NCBI GenBank assembly: GCA_964576465.1
Contig: CAZNXE010000007.1
Span: 1 to 45,990 of the forward strand
Direction of reading: 5' to 3'
Origin: an uncultured Planctomycetaceae bacterium
GTDB lineage: Bacteria > Planctomycetota > Planctomycetia > Pirellulales > JAEUIK01
DNA: 45,990 nt
Of the stretch, positions 1 through 9,341 are shown in pieces; position 1 is the first letter of the stretch; each line of letters opens with the position of its first letter. The notes under the pieces were generated by a model. It saw only the letters and a program-made list of their open reading frames with translations, searched no databases and was not told where the DNA came from. The position numbers and the translations under genes were made by a program.

Positions 1-273
1 GCCGGTGTTGAGCGTTGTGTCGGCAGCCTCGTAGACTTCGATGAACAAAATGAACGAACGCTCGACAAACAGGGCGTCACCCGCGTTGCGAAACTTGATA
101 GGAACCGCGCCGAACACCCGGCGATAGAACCGCATCGAGTCCTTGGTGTTGGTCACATTTAAGCGAACATGGTGAAAATGGGCCGATTCCACCTCGGCGG
201 CCTGCACCCGACCACCGATCGACCACGATATTGTGGCCAGCAGGATGATTCCCAGCGTGCGTCGCGTTATCAT
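1..273 (-). CDS. Secreted VOC/glyoxalase-fold family protein. Only the N-terminal 91 codons are visible; the 3' end runs off the window.
   Basis: Hand translation of the reverse strand from the ATG at 273-271 gives MITRRTLGIILLATISWSIGGRVQAAEVESAHFHHVRLNVTNTKDSMRFYRRVFGAVPIKFRNAGDALFVERSFILFIEV. It has a signal-like hydrophobic N-terminus followed by the HHVxLxVxNxxxSxxFY pattern typical of VOC modules. AGGAGA lies 7 nt upstream of the ATG. The frame stays open to the window edge, so it is missing from the ORF track. Confidence 0.55.
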   Translation of the reverse strand, partial: MITRRTLGIILLATISWSIGGRVQAAEVESAHFHHVRLNVTNTKDSMRFYRRVFGAVPIKFRNAGDALFVERSFILFIEVYEAADTTLNTG

Positions 274-455
274 CGAAGTCTCCTGGTGGTGCTCGTGTGC
301 CGTCGGCCACCGGTGCGACAGCGGGCTGTATTGTAATCGAAGCCGGACCTCGAATCTGCCGGCTCGCCCCGAAAGGGTAAACAAAGAACACGGAGATACC
401 AAACTTGTCAGATCAGCAACAATTCGCTCTTTGTATTCCCAGCGACCGCGGCACA

Positions 456-3400
456 ATGCGAATTGACCTCATGCGGAGTTCCGTACATCGCATCATGATG
501 TTGATTGCCCTGTTCTTGGCAATCATCACTCATTCCGTGGCCGCCGATGAAACACCGCGCACGGTGGCGCTCCCCCCTGGCGAAGCACTCAAGCAGTTTG
601 AAACGGCACCGGGAGTGCGCGTGGAACTGGTCGCCGCCGAGCCGGAAGTGATCGACCCTGTCGAAATCCGCTTCGACGAACGTGGGCGTCTGTGGGTCGT
701 CGAAATGCGAGGCTATCCCACTGGTCCGCCGGAAGGCCAGCAGCCACGTTCGCGGATCCGCGTGCTCGAAGATCTCGACGGCGACGGATACTTTGAAACG
801 GCCCGAACCTTCGCCGACGGCTTGCTTCTTCCGACCGGACTCCAACCATGGGGCGACGGCGTGATTGTTACGTTGGCCGGGCGCGTCGTCTTCTTGCAGG
901 ATCGCGAAGGGGCGAAACCAACGACCGACAGCTCCAACGTGCAACCCGCCGAAGAATTGTGGTTCACCGGCTTCATCGAGCAAAACGAACAGCTTCGGGC
1001 CAACCATCCGCGTCTGGCCCCCGACGGACAGATGTACATCGCCAATGGACTGCGTGGCGGTGCAGTGGTCGATCATCGCGGCGGTGTGACGTCGAAGCCG
1101 ATCGAAATCCGCGGGCGCGACGTGCGGTTCACCCCTGGCGGTGGCGGATTGGAAGCGATCAGCGGACCGGGCCAATTCGGAATGACGTTCGACGAGTTTG
1201 GCCGCCGCTACATTTGCAGTAACCGCAACCCGTTGATGCACGTCGTGTTGGAAGGTCGCCCCACGTCGCGCAACCCTTTCTTCGCGTTGCCGGCGGTCGT
1301 TCACGATGTGGCCGTCGCTGGCGAGGCTTCGCGCGTGTTCGCGCTGACCGAAGCATGGACAACGTCGACGCAGCACGCCGGCCAGTTTACAGCAGCGTGT
1401 GGTGTTCACATCTATCGCGGCAATGCCCTGCCGGCGCGATTTCGTTCGCAGGCATTCGTGTGCGAACCGACGGGAAGCCTTGTGCATTGCGAATTGTTCG
1501 AGCCGGCTGGCGGCACATTCCGTTCCCATCCACCCAGGGATAACGCTGAGTTTCTGGCTTCGCGCGATCCGTGGTTTCGACCGGTCAATATCGAGACCGG
1601 CCCCGACGGTGCCCTGTATATCGTCGACATGCATCGAGCCGTGATTGAACATCCCGACTTCATGCCGGAAGAATTGCGTACGAGGCGCGATCTGTTGACT
1701 GGTATCGACGCGGGACGGATCTATCGCCTGGTGGCTGAGGATGCCCCAACTCCTACAACACGCGTCGATCTGTCGAAACGCTCGGGCAAGGAGTTGGCTT
1801 CGATGTTGGACGACCCAAACGGCTGGGTACGGGAGACGGCGTTTCGCTTGATCTACCAACGCAACGATTTGTCGGCACGCTCGATGATCGAAGAACTCAT
1901 CGGCACTGCCAGCCACGCCGAGGGCCGGGCATGGTCGCTGTGGACGTTGGCAGCAATCAATGCGTTAGACGAAAAGCATTTGCTGAAGGGGCTGTCCGAC
2001 GAAGACGCCTCGGTCGCTGAGGTGGCCGTGCGGCTCAGCGAGACGTGGCTCAAGCGGTCGAAGCCGGTTCGTGACACCGTGTTGGCATTGTCTAAGTCGT
2101 CGGACGCCCGCTTGCGATTCTGTGTCGCCTTGGCGATAGGCGATTTGAAGGGCACTGAGGTGGTCGAGGCCTTGGCGCGAATCGCTCGACACGGGTCCGA
2201 TGACGTCTGGACGCGACGTGCGATCGCCACGGCACTACCAGAAACCGCCACCGCTGTGACACACGTGCTCTTAGCGCGAACTTCTGCCAGTGGTGCGATC
2301 GATGACGACGGGCTGCGATCGCTGCTGACCGAACTCTGCGAATTGATCGGTCGCAGTAAAGACGACACATGGGCCCAGGCAATCTTCGTCGCCTTGACGG
2401 ATACTGGCGAGTGGGCCGATGACGCGGCCCGAAGAAATGGCGTGGCGGCCATGACGGGGCTTGCCCGGGGTCTGGCGGCTGCCGGTCGCCCCCTGGCCGG
2501 CTGGATGTCGAGCCGCCCCGCGCACCTCAAAAAGAATGTCGAGCGAGCGCATCGTCTCTTCGCCGGCACGGTGCGCGATGCCATGTCGGCAGATGCTTCG
2601 TCTGTCCAGCGCGGAGAAGCGATTGCATTCTTGCGTTATGGAAATTGGGACAATGTGGGGTCAACCCTGCTGACGCTCGCCACGGGCAACGAACCCGATG
2701 ATATCAAACGCGATGCGCTAGCCGCTCTGAGAGCTTTTTCGGCAACCGAGATTTCTGAACAACTGCTGGCCGTATTCAACTCACAAACGCCGGCGGTACG
2801 CCGGACGACGTTGGACCTGTTGCTAGTCCGACCGGCCTGGTGCCAGGCCTTGCTCGTTGCCCTGGAAGCCGGCGATATCGACCGCGGGGAGTTCGATCCC
2901 CTGCGATCTTCAAGGTTGACCGATCACAAAGACACCACCATCCGCGATCAGGCCCGCAAACTACTCACCCGAAAGACAGCAGCCGACCGGGCGGCGGTGG
3001 TTGCCCAGTACAGCAAGGCACTCGAGCTACCCGCGGATACGCTGCGAGGCCGCGAGGTGTTTAAGAAGAACTGTGCCAGTTGCCATCGGGTGGCGGGTGT
3101 CGGGGTGAACGTCGCGCCCGATATCGCCGATTCGTACAACAAGAAACTACCGCAGTTGTTAACGGATATTCTCGATCCTAATCGGGCCATCGACAGCAAC
3201 TACATGAGCTTTACCGTTGTCACCGTCGATGGTCAGATCCTTACCGGAATCATTGCCTCGGAGACCGCCACCTCGATCACGCTCCGTCAACAAGAAGACC
3301 GAAAGGTGAGCTTGTTACGAGATGACATTGACGAACTGCGACCCAACGGCCTGTCGCTGATGCCCGAGGGGCTGGAACAAAATATTAGCCCCCAACAAAT

Positions 3401-3467
3401 GGCCGACGTGATCCGCTTCATCAAGAACTGGCGTTATCTCGACAGCAACATCCCGCTGGAGGAATGA
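456..3467 (+). CDS. PVC-type heme-binding CxxCH protein: membrane-bound-dehydrogenase-like beta-propeller domain, then HEAT repeats, then a C-terminal cytochrome c domain.
   Basis: This is track ORF 405..3467. Position 405 is a TTG, and the first ATG at 456 yields a signal-like MRIDLMRSSVHRIMMLIALFLAIITHSVAADE. Motifs seen are GRLWVVEMRGYP, DLDGDGYFE and GPDGALYIVDMHR (SGDH-like propeller), HEAT-like DPNGWVRETAFRLI, and CASCH at 3072-3086 followed by GVGVNVAPDI. This architecture matches the Pirellula/Verrucomicrobium dehydrogenase plus heme-binding domain pair. Confidence 0.85.
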   Translation: MRIDLMRSSVHRIMMLIALFLAIITHSVAADETPRTVALPPGEALKQFETAPGVRVELVAAEPEVIDPVEIRFDERGRLWVVEMRGYPTGPPEGQQPRSRIRVLEDLDGDGYFETARTFADGLLLPTGLQPWGDGVIVTLAGRVVFLQDREGAKPTTDSSNVQPAEELWFTGFIEQNEQLRANHPRLAPDGQMYIANGLRGGAVVDHRGGVTSKPIEIRGRDVRFTPGGGGLEAISGPGQFGMTFDEFGRRYICSNRNPLMHVVLEGRPTSRNPFFALPAVVHDVAVAGEASRVFALTEAWTTSTQHAGQFTAACGVHIYRGNALPARFRSQAFVCEPTGSLVHCELFEPAGGTFRSHPPRDNAEFLASRDPWFRPVNIETGPDGALYIVDMHRAVIEHPDFMPEELRTRRDLLTGIDAGRIYRLVAEDAPTPTTRVDLSKRSGKELASMLDDPNGWVRETAFRLIYQRNDLSARSMIEELIGTASHAEGRAWSLWTLAAINALDEKHLLKGLSDEDASVAEVAVRLSETWLKRSKPVRDTVLALSKSSDARLRFCVALAIGDLKGTEVVEALARIARHGSDDVWTRRAIATALPETATAVTHVLLARTSASGAIDDDGLRSLLTELCELIGRSKDDTWAQAIFVALTDTGEWADDAARRNGVAAMTGLARGLAAAGRPLAGWMSSRPAHLKKNVERAHRLFAGTVRDAMSADASSVQRGEAIAFLRYGNWDNVGSTLLTLATGNEPDDIKRDALAALRAFSATEISEQLLAVFNSQTPAVRRTTLDLLLVRPAWCQALLVALEAGDIDRGEFDPLRSSRLTDHKDTTIRDQARKLLTRKTAADRAAVVAQYSKALELPADTLRGREVFKKNCASCHRVAGVGVNVAPDIADSYNKKLPQLLTDILDPNRAIDSNYMSFTVVTVDGQILTGIIASETATSITLRQQEDRKVSLLRDDIDELRPNGLSLMPEGLEQNISPQQMADVIRFIKNWRYLDSNIPLEE

Positions 3468-3517
3468 TCGCCACGCGAACACACACAGATCGCGACCTGG
3501 GCAACGCTGTCTATTCA

Positions 3518-6500
3518 CTACTTCGGTTCCAGGCCGAACCGCAGTCCTTCTCCTTCAGCAACTAGTTCCAGGGTTGCATGGTCCGTGCCGGTCACAAGAC
3601 GAAGGAGCACCGTATTCCAGCCCTGATCCAGTGATACCGGCACCGCATGGCCCTTGCGTAGTGGCTGCACAGCAAGGCTCGTATCGCCATTAAGAACCAG
3701 CCGCGCATCACCATTGCAACGCAAACGCAGCTTCGCAGTCTGCTTCTCTGGCGCGTACAGAAAAGCCAACGCGTAGACTGCGGCATTTTCCTCGGAAAAC
3801 GCTTGCCCCAAATCGAAGCTACCCTCGGGTCCTGCAGTCACGGTTTGCCACGATTGTTCGTGCTCGCCTTGTGGAGAAGGTGCCTGTCGGGGATCGAGGA
3901 TTGCTTCGAACGTCTCGACCTCATCCACATTCTCGGCAAACGGGCCAGTTACCCAAAGCTGCGTTGCCGTGCCTCGCAACGAATGTTGAGCTTGGCGATC
4001 TTTCAAGAAGGCAACCAAGTCGACAAACTCTTGAAACGATAGCTGCGAGACAACCCCCTCGGGCATCAGGCTTTTTCGACTGGCCTCGAGTTCGTCGATC
4101 TCCTCTTTGGGGATCGTAATGTCGCGACCGTCGGCGTCGCGCAGGACAACTCTTGCAGCGTCATCGGTGACCTTCAAACCGTTGTAAACCTGTCCGCCGT
4201 CGGTGGTGATGACGAACGTCTGGTAGCCCTCTTTGATCTCCTTGGATGGATCGATCATCGACTCCAAGATTTTGGCCACGCTGTGAGTTTCCCAAATCTT
4301 CGTTAAGTCGGGCCCAACCTGCCCACCGACACCTTCTAATCGATGGCATTTGGCGCATTGGCTCTTTTGGGAATCGAGATAGATGCGGCGGCCATTCTCG
4401 GCGTCGCCGGTCATGGTCACCAGTTTTTCGACACGAGCCACTTCCTTCGGGTCGAGCGAGACGAGCAAACCGCCGCGGAAGACTTCGGTCAACAGCGCTG
4501 CCACTTCGCCACCACTGTCTGAGTCGACATGTTTCTGTAGCACGGCAGCGACAGCCGGTAGCAGGCTGCGATCGAGCTGTCCGTCAACAAACCGCTGCCC
4601 AAGGTTCATTGCCTGCTGCCGATTTGCCCCCAACGCCCGCACTGCCGAACGAACCATTTCCAAATCTTCTTCCTCAAGCATCGCTTCGGCGATGGGTCGT
4701 GTTTTGTCAAAGTCGACTGCGGCGAGAACCTCGATCAAGTCGCCTCGCAACGCTCCGGTCGAAGGATCGTCTGCCAGCGCGGCCAACTCGTCGACTACTA
4801 GTTCCACGCCCGGAGGAGACTTGTTCGCCCATGGCAAGTCTTCCTGACGCAGCCGGCCTAAAACCGCGACGATCGCCCGACGTTCGGCAAGACCTCGCTT
4901 CGAATCGCGGAGGGCCTTAGCCAGCGCAGGAGACGCATCGAGAAGATGCATGTCACCGATCAATTCGATCACGGCCAAGCGAAACTCCTGAACCGGATGA
5001 TCGATCAATTCGCGAACAAAAGGCAACATGACTTCGGGATTTGTCGTGCCAGTCAATGCCAGCGTCGTCACGGCTGCCAACTTCAACTGCACATTGGCAT
5101 CCGGATGACCACGTAGCCAGCTTCCGACCTCCGATGCATCGATCGGCGGTTCAAGCAAAATCTGGCCATAGGTTCCCAGCACCGTCGTAATCTGGCTGTC
5201 GGTCAATTTGTCGGACTCGCGCAACACGCGATTCAGCGCATCGACCGCCGGGCGCGTTCGCAACGTCTGAAGTTCAGCGATGGCGAAGGCACGCGCTTCA
5301 TCGCTCTTACCCAGTGCCGCGGTAACCAAAAGATCCATTCCTGCCGCCGTGGTAAGTTCCAGCCCGCGAAGGATGCCATCGTGTAAGTAGACGTCCTTGC
5401 CATCGTCACGTCGTAACGCATCGTATAAAGACGATGCCGCTCGACGGCGATCAGGATGATCGTCGTCCAACAACGATGCAGCCTTTCCCAACGCCATCGC
5501 GGCCGAACGACGAACGGCCGGATGCGAGTCTTCAAGGGCCTGGACAAGTCGTGAGATCAACTCGGGCGAGACCAGCTCAGCCGTGGAATGCCGACCGAGT
5601 GCCTCGGCGGCCAAGCGACGCATCTCGAAGTTCTCATCACCCAACAATTCACGCATGACGGTCGCCACCGAAGCGTCGTAGAAGTAACATGCCCCGCCCA
5701 AGGCCATCGCCCTGGCTGGCGCGGTGCGCGAGCGATCTTGTGCCACCGCCAAGAATGGTTCTCGAGAGACGACCCCTCGCTTAAGCAGCGCCCGTTGGAC
5801 TCGCTGCCGAAGCGCAAAATCTTCGGTGTCGAGAAGCTCCAAGCGTTCAACTTCCGACATGGCGGAAACCCTCGACCAGGCGTCAATCGAGCCACGTTTG
5901 ATGGCCGGAAAACCTTCGATCCCCGACCATGTTAATCGATAGATGCGGCCATGTTCTCCGTCCCCGAACAGCCGCCCTGCCCCACCCGAGTCGGTTCGCC
6001 AATCGACGATATAGATTGCTCCGTCGGGCCCCAGCACTGCCTGACAGGGGCGGAACAGCGGATCGTCGGACTGCATGAGCACGAATTCTTCGACAACCTG
6101 AAACGTGCTGCCAACACGTTCAATCTGATAGGCGCGAACCAACTTGCGATAGACATCGGGGTAGATCAGCAGCCCACGAAAGAACTCCGGAAAACGGGTT
6201 CCCTGGTAGATGAGCAATCCGGCTGGCGCGCCGCGACCGGTTTTCAACATCGACGGCATTCGCCCAGGTTTCTCGCCGAAGACGGCGCCGCGATCGAAAT
6301 CGGTGCGACAGCAGAGTGTTCCCTGCTTGAGTCGCCATCCGTAGTCGGCACCCTCTTGCACGTGCATCAATCGACAGCCCTGGAACTTCGAACCATCCTC
6401 CTGATCGTTGTCGACATGCAGCATGTTGAACATGTGGTCGAACGATACGTCCCGATAGGGGTTGCGAAAGCCCCTTGCGAATTCGGTGAGCTGTGAGCCA

Positions 6501-7255
6501 TCTGGGCGACAACGCATGATCGCCCCGCATCGCAAAACCGTGGCCCGAGAGCCGTCGCTGCCTTCGCCGTGGTTGTCGTCGTCGCCCGAGGTAATGTAGA
6601 GCCAACCGTCGTGCGAGAGTGTCAGCCCCGAGGCTTGATGGTGGTGAAAGCCACACAACCCGCGGACGATCTCTTCGGAGACATCGTAAGCTCCGCCGGG
6701 CTGCGACTGTCTTCTTCGCACAACGCTCCCCAACGACGAAAGATAGATCCAGTCATCATGCAGCAAGATACTCGAAGGAATCTCCAGGTCATCGAGCAGC
6801 ACCTCGGACCTTTCGTAGTTCCCGTCACCGTCATCGTCGTACAGCAGCTTCAATTCATCGCGGACTTCTTTCTCCATGCGATTCACGGTCGCCGAGGTGC
6901 CATCTTGAAATTGCACTTCGTATTGAAGGTGCCGTGGATGTTCGGCAACCCGCCATTCGAGAACATGGGGAGTACCATCTTCGGCGAAAGTCAGACCAAC
7001 GGGATCGATGACCACGGGCGCTTCGGCCACGATTTCAACATGGATACCCGCAGGCGTTTTCAATCCGGCAAGCCGCTGGTTTTGCTCGCCCTGATCGACC
7101 ATTTGAACCCACGATGGCGTGGGGCGCTTTGGAAATTCATTGAGCGCCGGATCGTCGTTGTAGTCCTCGGCTTGTACGCTTAACAATGAGGTGCCCATGA
7201 GCAGGGCAAGCGCCCCAAGCCATCCCGTAGAACGATTGGCAATCATTTGATGCAT
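3518..7255 (-). CDS. PVC-type heme-binding CxxCH protein (1245 aa) with dehydrogenase-like propeller, long HEAT region, cytochrome c domain and an extra C-terminal beta-rich domain.
   Basis: The signal-like N-terminus is MHQMIANRSTGWLGALALLMGTSLLSVQAEDYN. Motifs seen are DDDGDGNYE, GPDGAIYIVDWR, many HEAT-like repeats (e.g. DSHPAVRRSAAMALGKA), and CAKCH at 4343-4357 (minus) followed by GVGGQVGPDL. About 190 further residues follow the cytochrome domain. The gene is convergent with the previous gene, with a 50-bp spacer. Confidence 0.85.
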   Translation of the reverse strand: MHQMIANRSTGWLGALALLMGTSLLSVQAEDYNDDPALNEFPKRPTPSWVQMVDQGEQNQRLAGLKTPAGIHVEIVAEAPVVIDPVGLTFAEDGTPHVLEWRVAEHPRHLQYEVQFQDGTSATVNRMEKEVRDELKLLYDDDGDGNYERSEVLLDDLEIPSSILLHDDWIYLSSLGSVVRRRQSQPGGAYDVSEEIVRGLCGFHHHQASGLTLSHDGWLYITSGDDDNHGEGSDGSRATVLRCGAIMRCRPDGSQLTEFARGFRNPYRDVSFDHMFNMLHVDNDQEDGSKFQGCRLMHVQEGADYGWRLKQGTLCCRTDFDRGAVFGEKPGRMPSMLKTGRGAPAGLLIYQGTRFPEFFRGLLIYPDVYRKLVRAYQIERVGSTFQVVEEFVLMQSDDPLFRPCQAVLGPDGAIYIVDWRTDSGGAGRLFGDGEHGRIYRLTWSGIEGFPAIKRGSIDAWSRVSAMSEVERLELLDTEDFALRQRVQRALLKRGVVSREPFLAVAQDRSRTAPARAMALGGACYFYDASVATVMRELLGDENFEMRRLAAEALGRHSTAELVSPELISRLVQALEDSHPAVRRSAAMALGKAASLLDDDHPDRRRAASSLYDALRRDDGKDVYLHDGILRGLELTTAAGMDLLVTAALGKSDEARAFAIAELQTLRTRPAVDALNRVLRESDKLTDSQITTVLGTYGQILLEPPIDASEVGSWLRGHPDANVQLKLAAVTTLALTGTTNPEVMLPFVRELIDHPVQEFRLAVIELIGDMHLLDASPALAKALRDSKRGLAERRAIVAVLGRLRQEDLPWANKSPPGVELVVDELAALADDPSTGALRGDLIEVLAAVDFDKTRPIAEAMLEEEDLEMVRSAVRALGANRQQAMNLGQRFVDGQLDRSLLPAVAAVLQKHVDSDSGGEVAALLTEVFRGGLLVSLDPKEVARVEKLVTMTGDAENGRRIYLDSQKSQCAKCHRLEGVGGQVGPDLTKIWETHSVAKILESMIDPSKEIKEGYQTFVITTDGGQVYNGLKVTDDAARVVLRDADGRDITIPKEEIDELEASRKSLMPEGVVSQLSFQEFVDLVAFLKDRQAQHSLRGTATQLWVTGPFAENVDEVETFEAILDPRQAPSPQGEHEQSWQTVTAGPEGSFDLGQAFSEENAAVYALAFLYAPEKQTAKLRLRCNGDARLVLNGDTSLAVQPLRKGHAVPVSLDQGWNTVLLRLVTGTDHATLELVAEGEGLRFGLEPK

Positions 7256-7367
7256 CAGTGTTCCTTCCGAAGTTCGGCAACGACGCGAGACAATAGGCTG
7301 ATCCAGATTTTTGAACGGTCCTCTGGCATGCCGACTCGACTGCCCGAGTGATCGTTCCGCGAATGGC

Positions 7368-8678
7368 TTACAGATAGCGGTTGATTAAGTTTTCGAGCAT
7401 CTCCTGCCGCCCGCTTTCGTTCGCGGCGGCCTCACCTTGTTCAAGCATGTAGGCTTCCAGCGATGCAAAGCTAGATTCACCTGACTCGATCTGTGCGCCA
7501 ATGCCAGAATCCCATGATCGGTAGCGCTGGGTGAGCAGACGATCAAGTTCCCCCTCGGCACGGATTGCGGCGGCAATCTTGAGCCCCCTGGCAAAGCTGT
7601 CCATGCCTCCGATGTGGGCGTGGAACAGATCGATCGGCTCGAAGCTTTCGCGGCGGACCTTGGCGTCGAAGTTAATGCCTCCCGGAGCGATTCCCCCGTA
7701 CTTGAGAATCGTGTGCATGCACCATGTGGTGAGATAGATGTCCGTGGGAAACTGATCCGTGTCCCACCCCAACAGCAGGTCGCCGGTGTTGGCATCGATC
7801 GAACCTAGGAACCCTTGACCGCCGGCATAGTCTAGCTCGTGCTGCATCGAATGACCGGCCAGGGTGGCGTGGTTGGTTTCGATGTTCAGCTTGACGTGCT
7901 CTTCCAGTCCATTGGCGCGCAAGAAGTTAATGCATGCCGCGGCGTCGAAGTCGTATTGATGTTTGGTCGGCTCCATCGGTTTCGGCTCGAAGAGAAACTT
8001 GCCCTCGAACCCGATCTCCTTGGCATGGTCGACGGCCATGTGCATGAAACGGGCCAAGTGATCGAGTTCACGCTTCATGTCGGTATTCAGCAGCGTTTGA
8101 TAGCCTTCGCGTCCTCCCCAAAAAACGTAGTTCCCGCCTCCTAGCTCATGAGTGACTTCGATCGCTTTCTTGACCTGCGCCGCGGCGAAGGCAAACGCAT
8201 CAGCATTCGGGCTGGTGGCCGCGCCGTGCATGTATCGGGGGTTACTGAAGAGATTGGCGGTGCCCCACAACAGGCGAATCCCCGTCCGCTGCTGTTCTCC
8301 TTTGAGCACTTCGATTACGGCATCGAGATTGCGATTCGACTCGGCCAACGTCGCCCCCTCGGGCGCGACATCACGATCGTGAAAGCAATAAAACGGCACG
8401 CCCAACTTTTCCATGAACTCGAACGCCACATGCACGCGGTTCTTGGCGTTCTCGACCGAATCACTCGCGGCTTCCCACGGACGCTGCATCGTCGGCGCGC
8501 CGAACGGATCGGCACCGGTCCCGCGAAATGTATGCCAGTAGGCGACGCTGAAGCGAAGATGCTCCTTCATCGTTCGGCCCTCGATCACAGCCTCCGGGTC
8601 GTAATGGCGAAAGGCCAGCGGATTCTTCGACTGGGGGCCTTCATACGCGATCGGTTGAACGTCGGGAAAAGCAGTCAT
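7368..8678 (-). CDS. xylA: Xylose isomerase (class II).
   Basis: The 436-aa ORF is typical of XylA along its full length: [71 protein letters not shown] and GSIDANTGD. Confidence 0.95.
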   Translation of the reverse strand: MTAFPDVQPIAYEGPQSKNPLAFRHYDPEAVIEGRTMKEHLRFSVAYWHTFRGTGADPFGAPTMQRPWEAASDSVENAKNRVHVAFEFMEKLGVPFYCFHDRDVAPEGATLAESNRNLDAVIEVLKGEQQRTGIRLLWGTANLFSNPRYMHGAATSPNADAFAFAAAQVKKAIEVTHELGGGNYVFWGGREGYQTLLNTDMKRELDHLARFMHMAVDHAKEIGFEGKFLFEPKPMEPTKHQYDFDAAACINFLRANGLEEHVKLNIETNHATLAGHSMQHELDYAGGQGFLGSIDANTGDLLLGWDTDQFPTDIYLTTWCMHTILKYGGIAPGGINFDAKVRRESFEPIDLFHAHIGGMDSFARGLKIAAAIRAEGELDRLLTQRYRSWDSGIGAQIESGESSFASLEAYMLEQGEAAANESGRQEMLENLINRYL

Positions 8679-8729
8679 CGCAGGTGTCTCGCAGGAGGGA
8701 TTGGTTCACGATCGAAAGCTGGTCGCTTG

Positions 8730-8745
8730 AGCCACAAATGTGCCA
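8730..8745 (-). promoter_or_regulatory. Candidate sigma-54 (-24/-12) promoter upstream of xylA.
   Basis: The minus strand reads TGGCAC-ATTTG-TGGCT, against the consensus TGGCACG-N4-TTGCW. GG and GC are separated by exactly 10 nt, with one mismatch in the -12 box. The motif sits about 50 nt upstream of the xylA ATG (8678) in a 199-bp intergenic gap. It overlaps the palindrome AATGTG-C-CACATT, which could instead be an operator. Confidence 0.3.
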
Positions 8746-8877
8746 CATTCGGCAGCGGGCCACAACCGCTTGGTGATGCGATGCTGACAGGGGGATGCAA
8801 TCGAGAAGCAAGGTCCTACCGCTGTCAACCATCACAACTCTGGAAACTGCACTCAATCGGTGGGACGTATACGCAAA

Positions 8878-9303
8878 CTAGACATCAAGGCGTTTGCCCA
8901 GGCTGATTCGTTGCTCGACGACGAATCCCATCCGTTCGTAGAAGGCGACAACTTCGGTGTTGTCGCCAAGGACCTGGAGGTTGACCTTCGTGCAGCCCAA
9001 ACGTTGCAGGCGAATCTCCGCGGCGGCGAGCATCTTTCGACCTAGTCCCTGTCGGCGATGGTTCGCATGAACGGCCAGGTAATAAATCCAACCGCGGTGG
9101 CCGTCGTAGCCGATCATGACGGTGGCCACGACTTGGTCGTCAAGCGTTCCGACCAGCAGCATGTCGCTTTCATGCGCGAGCTTACGGCGCAGATCGGCTG
9201 CCGGTTTGCTGTAGTCGCGCCGATGGGGAAAACACGTTTCCCAAATGCCGATCACTACGTCGTAGTCTTTGGGCTCGATCGGTCGTACGATCAGTTCGCT
9301 CAT
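8878..9303 (-). CDS. ypeA: GNAT family N-acetyltransferase, YpeA-like.
   Basis: The ORF is 141 aa, the same length class as E. coli YpeA. It has the GYDGHRGWIYYLAVH..RRQGLGRKML acetyl-CoA-binding core (Q/RxxGxG/A) and a C-terminal FYERMGF....SLGKRL, as I recall for YpeA. Confidence 0.75.
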   Translation of the reverse strand: MSELIVRPIEPKDYDVVIGIWETCFPHRRDYSKPAADLRRKLAHESDMLLVGTLDDQVVATVMIGYDGHRGWIYYLAVHANHRRQGLGRKMLAAAEIRLQRLGCTKVNLQVLGDNTEVVAFYERMGFVVEQRISLGKRLDV

Positions 9304-9341
9304 TCCCTTGCTTGTTCCTTATGCCGATCCTTCAAGATCGG

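Noticed and set aside
77-391. The 104-aa minus-strand ORF at the left edge.
   Set aside because: It is in the wrong frame. The frame starting at the ATG at 273 gives a signal peptide plus a VOC-fold motif with an RBS, and it stays open to the window edge.
408-1916. A 502-aa ORF antisense to the first heme-binding protein gene. Many similar long ORFs lie antisense to nuo, xylA, the sulfatases and other genes (e.g. 8148-8906, 20785-21246, 22045-22728, 30182-31111).
   Set aside because: These are shadow ORFs typical of GC-rich DNA. Their products are Arg/Ala/Gly-rich with no motifs, whereas the opposite strand encodes proteins with unmistakable family signatures.
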